A DNA stretch of 64,000 bases from Pristiophorus japonicus (lineage: Eukaryota): the NCBI RefSeq assembly GCF_044704955.1, contig NC_091991.1, forward strand, positions 136,028,001 to 136,092,000, written 5' to 3'. Positions within the stretch are counted from its first letter, which is position 1, and every line of letters begins with the position of its first letter. Positions 12,500 through 25,670 of this stretch are shown in pieces. The notes beneath the pieces are model-generated. The model made no database searches. It had not been told where the DNA came from and was given only the letters and a program-made list of their open reading frames with translations. A program made the position numbers and the translations under genes.

Positions 12500-13778
12500 G
12501 TGACTTTTTAATTTTCTTCATTTTCAAATGCCCCTAGTGATGACCCTCCCCCCCCCCCCCCTCTCTCTCTCTCTAGCAGCAAGTTTTACTGGGGCGGGTG
12601 CTGACTGCTTTCCTGGCAGTGTGTGAAACAAGGTCAGAGCTGTGGCCAGTGGCCCTCAGACCGCGAACCGCAGCAGCGGCGCAGTGGCAAACTTTGAAGC
12701 CAGCAGTGTGATCAAAAGATGTTGGGAGCGAGCGAGCAGCCGCGGCTTTCCGCAACCATTTGAACAGGCGTTAACTCCACGTGTGCAATGTGTTACACTT
12801 CAAATGAAAGCTCAGTGTGACCCGATACTCTCTGTGCAGCTTTAATCCCCGGAGTGAGAATGTTTGTTTACCATCTTCTCTAAAAGTGGCGGCTGCGAGT
12901 AGGTCCCACACCCGAGGCAACAGGAGAGGCTTTCTATTTTAAAAAAAGGAGTAATATTTCAAAGTTGTTTGTTAAAAAAAGACTAAATACCTTTGCTGCG
13001 TAAACACCTTGATTTATCGCTGGCTGCTGAATGGAAATACAAATATATCCCGCCCTCTGGATCCAGACATTGCCCCTTTAATTGCCAGCCCCCCAGCTCC
13101 ATTGGCTGGGCTGTGGCTGTGAGGACCACATTTAGTTGCTCGGTGCTGTTTCCAACACGCCGTTAAAGCTACAGGCTCCCAGTTCAGTCACTCGAGCTGC
13201 CGAAGTCCTGATACTCATTTTCTGAATTCAGCTTCGACCACCCGAGCAATAGGTGCTTAACCTGAGCGACACGGAAAGGCAGAGGTGCGGATTTCTGCCA
13301 GGCTGTTAAATCCTTGCCTCCGGGGTGGGGGAAAGGCGAAGGGACAGACGGAGTGCTGCAACTTTAAGACGACAAGGTCCATTGGATCGCGCTGCTCTGC
13401 TGGACTTGGGCGAGCGCGCTTTGGGATGTGTGGTGGGCTCCAGCTCTGGCGGCGCACTTGGAGTGGGGATTGTTTGGGGAGCTTCAGCCCCAGTCTGGCC
13501 GCCGATGGCATCTGAATTGCAGCCCGGCGTTACTGGGCTGCTGCATCGTCTGGCTGTGAGCGAAGACAACTAGAAAAGCGAGCAGACCTCCCCGAGCCGC
13601 ACGGCTTGCAGCCACAGGAGCTTCCCAGGTGTAAGTTGGACATCCAGGGCAAGCGGCAACTTGAGCACCCCCCTCCCTCCCTCCCTCCCCAACCTGCGCA
13701 GAGGATGCGCCACTTACTCCTGCCCGGCGATACGCCTGCACCCTGAGAGCGCAGATTCCGCTCTCTGCTCTCCCAGAG
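12500..13778 (+). promoter_or_regulatory. CpG-rich promoter / 5'UTR of the shisa gene
   Basis: Repeat-free and CpG-enriched; GC boxes (GGGGCGGG at 12591, CCCGCCC at 13049); inverted CCAAT boxes (ATTGG at 13101 and 13381); poly-C/(CT)n tract 12546-12574. TSS not determinable from sequence. Confidence 0.7.
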
Positions 13779-14317
13779 ATGACAAGGCAGACGATGAGCC
13801 TCCGTCTGATGCGCTACTTGTTGCTGGACCTGTTGGGCTTGTGGTGTCCTATCCCGGACTGCATGGCCCAGGGCAAGGCCGGCCAGCAGCTAGGGGGCAT
13901 CCTGGTGGTCTCCGGACAGAACACTTCCAAAGAACCAGGGACCCCCGAACTGCCAGCCACCCCGGACCGGTGCCGGGGCTACTTCGACGTGATGGGCCAA
14001 TTCGACGCCGCTTTCAATTGCAACACCAGCATCTACCAGTACTGCTGCGGGACATGTGGGTACAGATACTGCTGCCAGTTCAAAGAGTCCAGGCTGGACC
14101 AAAGCATTTGCTCCAACTATGACACCCCGAACTGGGCGAACGTCGGCAAGCCGCCCCAGCGACCGGATGATAATGCGTTTGATCACACCAGGGATAAAAC
14201 AAACTTGATCGTCTATTTCATTTGTGGCGTGGTCGCTATCATGGTCCTGGTAGGTATCTTCACCAAACTTGGACTGGAGAAGTCGCAGAGACCTCAGCGA
14301 GAACTGAATGTTTCCAG
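13779..14317 (+). CDS. shisa8: Shisa8/Shisa9-type protein (CKAMP family AMPA-receptor auxiliary subunit), coding exon 1: signal peptide, Cys-rich Shisa domain, transmembrane helix
   Basis: CRGYFDVMGQFDAAFNC...YCCGTCGYRYCC..RLDQSICSNYDTP.W...GKPP; DKTNLIVYFICGVVAIMVLVGIFTKLGLEK; donor AG|GTAAGG at 14317/14318 (phase 2). Family call is firm; shisa8 versus shisa9 is uncertain; the true start may be ATG 13794 or 13809. Confidence 0.9.
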
Positions 14318-16639
14318 GTAAGGAGCCTTTGTGATCAGTGCCCCCTCACTGTCTGTACCCAGCACAACAGGTGGCCATGGACCCGAGCCCGTCCCAGGCA
14401 GCAGACTAGCTCAAAATGCGAAGGACCCAGTATAAATAACTCACCATTCCTCCCGCGTCCCCCGAGGGATCGGAGTAAATAGATGATTATTGTAAAAACC
14501 GAAATCATAAAAGACCTGCAATAGTAATCGCAGGGATTGGGGGGGTACCCGGGCTGGTTTCAACACCCAAAGCACAACAACACAACAGTGGTATCACCTG
14601 TGCAGGAATCTCCTGCCCGTTCACTGACTCTAGAAAACCGGGATGCTCTGGTTAGCGTTCCATTTGTATCCAAGTTACTGCCGTTTAAATATGATCTGTG
14701 CACACCGGGCATATGCTCTCCTTGAACGGTAACAATTGGAGCATGGTATTTTCAACTGCGCTTTTATATTTAAAACTTGCGATTATCTCAGGAATACTTT
14801 GAGGGGAAACAATTAACGGGACGACAAACTTGCGTTTTCCGAAATTAGTCTGAGGTTACAGATCGCTCAGCCAAATGAACTTTTTTGTTGTTAAATCTTG
14901 CGAAAAGGCAGCTGTCCGTTGCTGGGTCTAAGCACAGATATAACCAAGGTTATACTAAAGGGACAGCGCGCTCCATAGGGACAGACCTGTTGCTCTGGCT
15001 GCACAAACAGTGTCTACCTTGGCTTCGATACATTCACAAAGCCCCTTCGCTCCAGCAGCCTCGATATTTTAGGGACAGAATGCACCCGGTATAAAACGGT
15101 AACAGTGAGAGAGTCGGGGTACATCCTGCGGTATTTCCCAAATTTCCAGTATTGAAATGCAATCCGCAGTGCTGCTGCTTTCTAGATAGTCACAATCATG
15201 GCGAACAGTAAATGTGCATAGCAGAGAGATGATGAAAATCCTTCTCATTTCTATGCCAGTTATTTCTGTCCAAATGAGCAACACGCGAATATGTAATGTA
15301 TGTAACATTCCCCCTCCATTCCCATGGAGTTATTTGCCGAGGCACCGCACACATCTCCCTCAATTCATGAGGCTTCATTAAACTACATGGAATTAAACTG
15401 GCGCATCATCTCTTGTCGAAAAAACCCACCCGGTATTTCAAGAAAACATATCTCTGAGCAAAACAATCTTCCCATAGCATCGTCTGGAGGGGAAAACCCT
15501 GTTAAATAGCGAGATGTGCCGAACTGGAAAAGCCATTGTGAAATGTATTGGAGACCAAGCTGAGCCCAGGATGTACACCAGCCGCCACATAGACCGGCGC
15601 AGATAGTTCACAGTTTGCACTTTGTTTTAACGGCAGTGCCACCAATACAGAGCTCGCAATACGAAGCGTGTTGCCTTGTATGTTTATTAATCAGTGCAGT
15701 TAATACTTCAACACAACCAGCACCACTCGCACATACACGCAGGAACTGTTGTGCGCCAATGCCATGGTTATCTGGACACGGCGTGTCTGTGCCCCTGGAC
15801 ATCTCCTGGACCAGTGCTGCTGGATACACTTGCTGCAGCCAGTCACTGAGGAAGGGACGAGTGAAACTTCCTATTTCGGACAATGTGCAATTGTCCGTCA
15901 GATAAGCGCCAACCGTCACACATACAGCCAGTTGAACTTTCCTGAAGTCAAGCCCCGAATGCCGCTTGCTTCAGCGAGCCGCTTTAAATCTTTCATTGCG
16001 GCTGGTGAACTGTTGCTCGGATCTCCGGGAATTGAAGGAGCGAGCCCGAGGAAGGCGCTGCGATTCTCTCGGTGTAAGCCCTTCACGAGGGATCCGAGGA
16101 ACAGCAAGCGGGTATTTTCAGTGTAGAGCTGCACTAGCAATATCTCACCCCTAACACTGTCCAAAGCTTTTACTTCATCCATCCAGAAATACACTACAAA
16201 CCCCCACCGCCATTGCAGCATCTAATTGTTCCTTAAATTATTTTGGGGGTTCACTCCACTACTCTAATCCATTCCATCTGACGGTCACGGTGTGAAGAAC
16301 TTCATAGCAGCATTAAAGTTATTGTTTACTAGTTTGAAGCTGTTGTGACCCTTGTCCTACACATGAGAAGTCCCCAACCTCACACAAGTTAGGTTTCCAA
16401 GTGAGTTAGGCGATCATTACAAGATCCTAACACCTGGAGCAAGCTCTGCCTCTCCAAAGAAAACCAAATAGTGCCGCATCCAGCAGGTAGCGGGGCAGCA
16501 CTTCCAGGAGATCCTGTCACCACATCAATAAACAGAAACATGAAATCATTCCACATACATCATCCACTAGATGGAGTCTATGTGTTAATCTGTAAACTAT
16601 AAATATTACTATAATAATAAACATCAACTCCACATGACT

Positions 16640-16790
16640 TGCTGAGTATCTAGTGTGGAATTGAATTATTCAGTCCAGGAAGCTCCATGGTCCACTATCT
16701 GCTGAGGGCTGATCGCAGCCTGCACCTAGTGGGCACATTGCAGTTTGGCTCACTGTGCTTGGGCAAAGGAAGGAAAAAATAAAATGGGTT
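16640..16790 (+). repeat. Ancient SINE-like repeat fragment (same family as 34400-34830)
   Basis: Shared degenerate blocks CTGCTGAG..CTGATC.CAGCC and TTGGCTCA...CTTGGGC.AAGGAAGG. Confidence 0.4.
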
Positions 16791-16923
16791 CCAAATCGTT
16801 ACAATGCACCTAGCCATTGGATATGATCTTTATTCCGTAGTTTTTCTCTTGCACTTTCTAACATCTTCCCAACATGGTGTATTCTCCCAATAAGCAGTTT
16901 GCACTATCTCCCACTTTATTTCG

Positions 16924-17620
16924 TAGAATCATAGACTAGTTACAGCACAGAAGGAGGCCATTCAGCCATCGAGCCCGTGCCAGCTCTCTGCAAGAGCACT
17001 TCAGCTAGTCCCACTCTCCCTCGCCCTTTCCCCATAGCCCTGCAAAATGTTTTCCTTCAGGTACTTAATCAATTCCCTTTTGAAAGCCACTATTGAATCT
17101 GCGTCCACCACCCTTTCAGGCAGTGCATTCCAGATCCTAACCACTCGCTGCGTGAATAAGAATTTCCTCATCTCACCTTTGTTTCTTCTGCCAATCACCT
17201 TAACTCAGTGTCCTCTGGTTCTCCACCCTTCTGCCAATGGGAACAGTTAAATCTATTAAATCTCCTCTTGACCTTCTGTGCTCTAAGGAGAATGACCCCA
17301 GCTTCTCCAGTCCATCCACATAACTGAAGTCCCTCATCCCTGGAACTATTCTGTACATCTTTTTCTGCACCCTCTCTAAGGCCTTCACATCCTTCCTAAA
17401 GTGCAGTGCCCAGATTTGGACAAATAATCCAGTTGAGGCCGAACCAGTGTTTTATAAAGGTTCATCACAACTTCATTGCTTTTGTACTCTATACCTCTAT
17501 TTATGAAGCCCAGAATCCTGTAAGCTTTTTTAAAACTGTTTTCTCAACCTGCCCTGCCACTTTTAATGATATGTGCACACGTATCCACAGGTTTCTCTGT
17601 TCCTGCAACCCCTTTAGAAT
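16924..17620 (-). mobile_element. CR1 LINE 3' fragment
   Basis: Minus ORFs KALERVQKK..RIVPGMR..LEKLG.FSLE.RR.RGDLI and FTQRVVRIWNALPERVV; tail starts TAGAATCATAG. Confidence 0.92.
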
Positions 17621-18940
17621 TGCACACTCACTCAATACCCTTTCCGGCCTTCATTAAATTACACATAACTGACATAATCATAACTAAATAACCCTCTAAT
17701 TTCTCCATTCTAAGGAATATGCCAATAAACACTTATTTGTGGCCATTGAGTACAATTGGCTGGCAATATTGATACGGTTTTCAGCTGCCTTTCCACTAGC
17801 AGTTCAGTGGGGTTGTATCATTTGTCAATCACATGGCATGTTAATTTAGCAGAACTAAATATGGATCTTTTAATTTTCTTAGACCCTTTTATATTTTACA
17901 CCCATTTCTGCTCCCCCATACTTAAGGTTGTTTATAAGCTAAGTAAAACTTTCCTCTTTCTGGAAATTAACATATTCTTCCATGAGAATTGTGCATGAAT
18001 GTTGTCCATTCTCCAACATTACTTGTTCACGTATCCCATTGCAAGCAAATACATTATTCAATCCTGTCACCATGGCCTGAGCTGTTGTTTTGGTAATTAC
18101 AGTGATCCCGAAACACTGCGAAGTAGTCTACAGTGTGGCGATATCTATCACTTTGACATTTGAACTGATTAGTTTTGACCTTTTGAGAAGGGCAATCTGG
18201 TAGAACAGAATGAATCAAGGGTAGAACTAAAATTTTGTTGCTTTTTTGTGAACTTCGGAAAGCTCGTAATGATTTGTCCAAGTTATTTGCTCAACCCTGA
18301 TCACCATTGATGCTGCTTGGATAATTTTTTGCTTTTTTGGATCCCGGGCTGTCCAATCAAATGGTTCAGAGTGCACTGATGTAGGAATCACCAAATAAGT
18401 CCCTTTTAATAGTAACCCCATCTTGAACTGTCCGTTCCTCTGCCACAGCCCAGTATGGTATCAGTCTGTTACCTAGCTCTGATTTTTTTCCCCCCACCAA
18501 AGTTGTTTACTTGATTCCTAATCATCTTGCAGATCTCATCATCATTCCTTGATTCCTGTAATCAATTTGCTGTCACTGCAATGCGTCGTAAAATGACAAT
18601 CACATATGATTTTGTCTCTGGAAGCTCGATCTGTTCTATTTCCTTTAACTGAAGTCTGCGATATTCCTTGCTGGGACGTTTACAGTAGGATAATCCCTAA
18701 TCCATATGAAGATGCATCCACAGAGATAGGTTTCTCTCTTAAGTGTGCGTGAGGTACTTAATCCTTTTTTAATCTCTTTGAATTATCCCAATCAATCGCT
18801 ACTCCATATTTATGTTTTGGTTTTGCTCAGGAGGTCCCTTCAAGGTGGGGAGAAAGCATACTTATCTAATTTACTATTCCCAGTAAGGGACAAACCTCAC
18901 TCCTATTCATAGATGAAGACATCTTGAGGGTAGTTGAGTT

Positions 18941-20140
18941 AGGAACATAGGAACAGGAGTAGGTCATTTAGCCCCTCGAGCCTGTTCTGCCATTCAATGA
19001 GATCATTGCTGATCTGTGACCTAACTCCATATACCTGCCTTTGGCTCATGTTCCTTAATACCTTTGGTTAATAAAAATCTATCAATCTCAGATTTAAAAC
19101 TAACAATGGATCTAACATCAATTTCCATTTGGGGAAGAGAGTTCCAAACTTCTACCACCCTTTGTGTGTAGAAGTGTTTCTTAATTTCACTCCTGAAAAG
19201 GTCTGGCTCTAACTTTTGGATGATGTCCCCTTGTCCTAGACTAGCATAATTGACCCTATCTATTCCCTTTTAATATCTTGAAAACTTTGATCAAATCATC
19301 CCTTAACCTTCTAAATTCTAGCGAATATAATCCTAATTTATGTAATCCCTCTTTGTAATTTAACTCTTGGAGTCCGGATATCATTCTGGTATACCTTTGC
19401 TGCACTCCCTCCAAGGCCAATATATCCCGCTCACAGTACTCCAGGTCTAACCAGAGCTTTTCATAGCTGCAGCATAACTTCTACCCCTTTGTACTCTAGT
19501 CCTCTAGATATAAAGGCCAGCATTCCATTAGCCTTTTTGATTATTTTCTGTACTAGTCTCTTTGGACCGCCACTGTTTTTAGCTTTTCACCACTTAGAAA
19601 GTACTCTGTTCTATCCTTTTCAGGTCCAACATTTGCATACATTTAAATCCATTTGCCACAGTTTTGTCCATTCAATTAATCCATTGATATTCCTTTGTAA
19701 TGTTATGCTTTCATCTGTACTATAATGCTGCCTACCTTTGTCATCGGCAAATTTGGATATGTGGCTTTCTATGCCATCATCTAAGTCATTAATAAATACT
19801 GTGAATGGTTGAGGCCTCAGCACAGATCCCTGTGGGACACCACTAGTCACATCCTGCCAATTGGAGTACCTGCTCGTTATCCCAACTCTCTGTCTCCTGC
19901 AGCTCAGCCAATTTCCTTACCTGATCAATAATTTTCCTTCAATTCTGTGGAATTCTACCTTAGTTAACAGTTTCTTAAGTGGGACTTCATAATGTGCCTT
20001 CTGGAAGTCCATATAAATAACATCCATAGACATCCCCCTGTCCAATGCTTTAGTCACCTCTTTAAAAAATTCAATCAGGTTTGTGAGGCATGATCTACCT
20101 TTCACAAATCCATGCTGGCTCTCTCTGATCAGCTGAAATA
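18941..20140 (-). mobile_element. CR1 LINE 3' fragment
   Basis: KGRSCLTNLIEFF, DVIYMDFQKA, TSGVPQGSVL..FTVFINDLD..ISKFADD; GGAACATAGGAACAGGAGTAGG tail. Confidence 0.93.
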
Positions 20141-20199
20141 TCTACTTTATTATCTGCAGAATCAGTTACATGTCCCAGAAATTTGATTCTATTCTTTAA

Positions 20200-21975
20200 A
20201 AACTTATACTGATCATTAAATTAATTCTGCTTACATTTTCTTCAACACATCATGCTGTTTGGATATTTCCCTTTGCTAGAATATTATGTGTCTGACATGT
20301 AACCCCTTGGCAGCCTTCCAGGAGCATTGACATGTGCATCTGGAAATGTTCTGAATTTCATCTGACCGATGATGTTATCAGAGCAGATTCTTTCAAAAGA
20401 TAGATTTGCCACAATTTTAAGCTAATTTTGGGGGAAATGTATTTTTCTTCTCCAACGGTGCTGGAGTCTGACTGAGGGATTGCATGACCTCCTTTTCCAA
20501 CAGACACACACACAAACCTTGGTCAAATTCACACAGTTCAAACTTGGCTGTTTGGTTTATAACTATTATTACACAACAGTCTGTAGTTTCCTCTGCTCTT
20601 GATATGTCCAATTTCTCCAGCCTCTCGTTTCAATTTTCTTCACAGTGGAATAGAACGTTTTTTCGGAACTGATACAGAAAAGATCTTTCAACAAGCTTAA
20701 GCTTAGTGTGATGTTCTCTTGTGAGCTTACCTAGGCCTTCAAAAAGCTTAGGAAACTCCACTTTAAAGTCCTGTTGTATTTTTACTATATCTACCTGAGA
20801 TGGAAGTTCAAGGGTTTGTATAGCAGGACATGTTAGCACCGCATCTCTAAACTCTTGAACTGCGTATTTTTTGCCAGAGATTTTTTGTTTATTGAAGATA
20901 GAAGGCCACAAAGCACCTTTGTACACAAAAAGCATCATGGCCTGCTTTATATGTAATTTTATTCTGTTTTTTGAGTTGTCTCATTTCCTCTTCATCGTGT
21001 TTAACAATTGGTTACTAGAGAGACAGCTGTCCTTGTGTCGTGTAAATTTGAAAGTCAATGTGGACTTTTCCAACAACCAGATTTACTAATTGTGGGTTTC
21101 ACCCTTTTTTAAATCATGGCCAGAAAATCATTTTTGTTTTCTTGACCACTTTTTCTTTCTGACATACAGCTTTGAACTTCCCTTTTCCTGATAATATGAG
21201 GCTTTGCATCTCTACCAGGTATAAATATCTGGCATATATTCAGAATCCTCCACTTCTTATCATCGATTATGTGTTTCGTAGGATCTTTCTCTCCTGTATC
21301 TCTATTTAGGATTATTCTTTGGTCTGGGATTCTTTCCCTGTCTGTTGTGATCCTCCTACATTTTCAATTGGCTAATATTGCTCCCCATCCTTCATTAATC
21401 CTTATTAATTAACTACACTCTGTCTCTAAATAATCCAATTGTAACATCTAACAGCCTCTCATTCCACCATGCAAAGAACTGCATCCATTGTGTTGAGCCC
21501 GACAGTTTAGAGCTGTAACAAAACACCATGCCAATTCCCCTGTCTTCCTGCTTTCTCTGATTGAAATTAGATTTTTCAAAATTAAGTTTTTATGCCCCAG
21601 ATAATGTTTTTCATTCTATCTAGTACGGTTTTATAATTCCCCCAAACAATTGAAAGAAAGCAAAATATCTTTAGGTTTTTCATTTTTATAAAACATAGTG
21701 TGTTAACAAAGTAATTCAAATTGCTTTGTCTATTTTGACCATTTTTGTGGCATACCATAATGTAATATATCTAGTGCGCTAACTTGGAAAGAAGCTATTT
21801 TTCTGCGCTTTCAAACTGTTTCTACTCTTGCTGATACTTGTGCCTTTTATTTCCCATGACTTTAGCTCCCATCCAGTATATCTTTTAGTTTTCCACCATC
21901 TCTGAATGATTCTTTTAACAAAATTCCCCCACCTTAGTGTATTTGGATTGTATTAGAATAGATCCCATCACAAGG
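20200..21975 (-). mobile_element. Highly degenerate Ty3/Gypsy LTR retrotransposon fragment
   Basis: Minus ORF 20630..20938 contains EFPKLFEGLGKL...TKLK, typical of the Gypsy protease-RT linker; many stops. Confidence 0.5.
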
Positions 21976-22825
21976 TACGAATAAAACAGTCCAATATGCT
22001 TCATTTACCGGGCTACCTTTCTCCACAAGTCTGATGTATCTTTCCCTGTAACCAATCCCCATCGGTTTGCACAGAATGCCCTTTATTTATGCTTGTCATC
22101 TCTTGCTCTCCTGGTCATTTTTTACACGAGATCTATAAATTTGTCAGAACTCGATAGCTCTAAACTTCAGCAAGTACTGCACAAAGGCAGTTCCTGGGTG
22201 AGGGCAGGCTTGACTGGGACTGCTCCCACTCTCAATTAGCACACTGACATTCATTGTCCAGATTCCCAACTGAAGATGAGCCACTGAGGCAAGAAGTTGA
22301 CTGCGGAACGGCCTCCCAAAGTGAGTCACCAGCTGCAGGAGAAAAGAGATCAGGGGAACAAATACCTTTTCTTTGCTTGTGGTATATAAAAAATACATTT
22401 GGCTGTGTAGCTAATGATGTATGCAAATGACACTTACGATGGCATGTCTGAGGCCTCCTGAGTTATTAGTCCTGATCTCAACAGGATACATTCCTTAAAC
22501 ATTAGGGCTGATTTTAACTCGGGCAGCCCTTGGCAGCAACGGGTTAATCACAGTCCGAAACTTGGAGTGCTGCACTTTCTAGTGTGTATCCACTCTTGCC
22601 GGGGCCTTTACAAGGGCTGAGGGAGCCGCCTCAGTCGGCCTGTTATGAGTACTGATCCCCAGTGCAATAAATCTTTGGCCTTTCAGAGGGATAAGTCACT
22701 CCCTCATTTTATTACCAGAAAGAACAAGGAGTCACATAATGCATTATAAGAATGCAGTTATACACTTTAGCTGACAATTTTTATTATAAGTCATATAGTA
22801 CCATTTTTACTTCTTACTACTCCTT

Positions 22826-23440
22826 AGGGCCAAAATTGCCCCTTCCCTTAAGGCCTGTTACCGCCGGAAATTGACTGCCATGCTGCAGAGTGCAATGGCT
22901 GCCGATTTTTCGTGTAATGGCCACCATTTTGAAAATTCCGCTCCTGCGGTATCCCGGCGGTGACTCGCTCCCTCCAATACAGCTCCGTTGCTGCCGATCC
23001 ATCCGAAGTGTATCATCAGAGCGCGCACCACCGATATTCCCCCACCCAATGGTGAATTTCTGCCAAAAATTCTTGCTGCCAACGCTCGGTGCCAAGGGCA
23101 GCTTTTTCTGCCGGTGCACTGAGCTTGGAGTCCTTCTAGAATGGCGGTGCGGCTCCCATTAAAGGGGAGGCCTGCTGCCACTGCCGCCATGTTTGTTTTT
23201 TGTCGGCCGACAATTATGCCCCTGGGTTTGGCCAGGCCGTCAACAGGCAGCCTGGCACCCCCTCTTGAGGGTGAAACCCTCCCTGGTGGTCCAATGGGCC
23301 GAACATAAATAATTGTGCAGGCTTTAAATGAAGGAAAGAGCCGTGGTGACACGGCACTGTGATGACATCATCAGCGCTATGCCGATGACCAACAGCGGCG
23401 ACCATTACACCCTTTTCCAGTGGTGGGCAATTTTGACCCC
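22826..23440. mobile_element. Harbinger-type MITE with TIRs
   Basis: Left AGGGCCAAAATTGCCC and right GGGCAATTTTGACCCC (reverse complement GGGGTCAAAATTGCCC); CpG-rich; no coding capacity. Confidence 0.8.
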
Positions 23441-23944
23441 AGTGGTGCCTACATTCTTACCAATACATTCTCCTAACCTCTTACTTCTAAGAGGTGCTTC
23501 CTCAGTGACAGAAGGTTAAGAGAATATTTGCTGAGACAATTCTGCTGGAGCCTCCAAAGACCCAGGTCACCCTCATCTCAGTGATGTTGCTGTCCCTGAA
23601 GGAACAGCTTACCCCTCTGTCTTGTTTGTACTTGCAAGGGTTGCCAGGGTCTAGCACAAAGCTCCTTCATGTGCTGCCATTAGTGGGGGCTAGAAGGAAG
23701 GTACAGAAGCATCACAATCCTGAGAGACAGAGACATCTGTTACTAGACTTTATAGTCTACTGGTGGTGCACATGGGTCCATTTGGCAAATGGTTGGTTGG
23801 AGAACAGAACTGAATAGTTCTAATTAAGTGTTGAAAACCCTGGATTATGGTGCTGTTATTCTGTGTCTCACAAGGAATCTATTGAAGCAGTTCTAACTGT
23901 CACTTTGGCAGCTATGATTCCTTTAGGAAATCCCTCCTGACATT

Positions 23945-24793
23945 GTGGGGAAGAATTCGGGAGCGCTCCGTTTGGGTGCTAACATTTGATAGTTGGAAAA
24001 ATTAGTGGCAGGCATTAGTGATGCTCAGCTTTCTGCAAATTGGGTGTTAGCGCTCCAGGAAGGAAGTGGAGCGCTTGATTTAGTGCTCCACTTCCTTCCT
24101 GCAGCGCTAAAGGACATAGGAGGGGTGGTAGTGGTGCAGCACTGCCAAGATCCATGGTCCTTCCCTCATCGCTGCAATCTCTGCATTCGGACCAGTGAGC
24201 TGGTCCCCGACAGCAGCCATGATCCGGCCTGATCAGCCCCACGCACTATAACAGAGTGATCGATTGCAGCCGAGGAGAAATGGAAAAATTGAAAATAAGC
24301 ATTTTAACAATTTTCCTACTTACCTCGGCAACATCCCCTTTAACGTGCACCCCTGAAGTACCTAGCTTCCCGAACAACACCTCCTGCAGCTGTCAGTGTT
24401 GTCGCCTGGTGATGCACATGACAATGATGTCAGGAGATCGTGGCGCAATGTGTTACCACCGCCGCAAACCTCTTGGCCAATTTAGCAGGAATTGTTCATC
24501 TCGGCGCGCCCGGTTGGTAAGTCCTTAGTGCCCCGTTATCGCCCCCCTGGAGGTGATAACAGGAGGGAACATAAGAAATAGGAGCAGGAGTAGGCCATTT
24601 GGCCCCTTGAGCCTGCTCCGCTATTTAATAAGATCATGGCTGATCTGATCATGGACTCAGAAATCCAAATACACCACATCCACTGGTTTCCCCTTATCCA
24701 CCCTGCTCGTTACATCCTCAAAGAACTCCAGCAAATTTGTCAAACTTAATTTCCCTTTCATAAAAGGTGATAAGGAGACCAATTTCTAGGCCT
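23945..24793. mobile_element. Harbinger-type non-autonomous element with nested CR1 piece
   Basis: Left GGGGAAGAATTC, right AATTTCTAGGCC; internal 29-bp hairpin; TCCCCTTTAA and ACTTACCT motifs. Confidence 0.55.
24568..24765 (-). mobile_element. CR1 3' tail fused directly to an internal RT piece
   Basis: AACATAAGAAATAGGAGCAGGAGTAGGCC tail (24568-24660) joined to AAATCCAAATACACCACATCC...TTCCCTTTCATAAAA (RT region VDVVYLDF). Confidence 0.8.
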
Positions 24794-24924
24794 TTGTTAC
24801 CGTACACATCTCTTGGACTAGCACGTTCCCTTGCGTGTTCTGCACTGACAAACCTCCTGCAAAGCATTACAGATGTGTGTAATGGACTCATATTTATCCA
24901 CTATCTCCATGTTACAAATTCAGG

Positions 24925-25670
24925 TCATAGAATCTTCGAACAGTACAGCACTTGAGGCAATTTGACCCATCGAGTCTGTACCAGATCTTTCGAAGAGCAA
25001 TGCAGTTAGTTCCACTACCCTGCTCTTTCCCCATATCCCTATGATGTTTTCTTCTTCAAGTATTTATCCAATTCCCTTTTGAAGGCTACTATTGAATCTG
25101 TATCCACCACTCTATCAGGCAGTGCATTCCAAATCCTAACCACTCGCTGCATAAAAAAGCTTTTCCTCATATCGTCTCTGGTTCTTTTGCCAATCACTAT
25201 AAATCTGTATCCTCTGGTGATCGACCCTTCATCCATTGGAAACAGTTTCTCTTTATTTACTCTATTTAAATCCTTCATGATTTTAAACACCTCGATCAAA
25301 TCTCCTCTTTGCCTTCTCTGCTCTAAGGAGAAGAACCTCAACTTCTCCAGTCTATTCATGTAACTGTAATCCTTCATCTGTGGACCTTTCCAGTAAATCT
25401 CTTCTGCACCCTCTCCAAAGCCTTCACATCCTTTCTAAAGTGTGGTGCCTAGCATTGGACACAATATTCATGCTGGGGCCGAAGTAATTTTTTATATAGT
25501 TTTAGCTTAACTTCCTGGCGTTTGTATTCTATGCCTCTATTTATAAAGCATCCCCAGGTCACTCTATTCTTGCACCACCTTTAAAATTATACCATTTAGC
25601 ATGTATTGTCTCTCCTCTTCCTACCAATATGTGTCACCTCACACTTTTATGCATTGAATTTCAGCTGTCA
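24925..25670 (-). mobile_element. CR1 LINE 3' fragment
   Basis: ORF 25039..25377 RLEKLRFFSLEQRRQRGDLIEVFKIM...RVVRIWNALP. Confidence 0.92.

Noticed and set aside
13661-14186. Overlapping alternative-frame and antisense ORFs over shisa exon 1
   Set aside because: These are GC-rich shadow frames with no recognisable domain, and the + one starts at a non-ATG codon.
14905-14925. Canonical REST/RE1 site
   Set aside because: The minus strand reads CCCAGCAAC-GGACAGC with no 2-nt spacer and mismatches, so only half-sites are supported.
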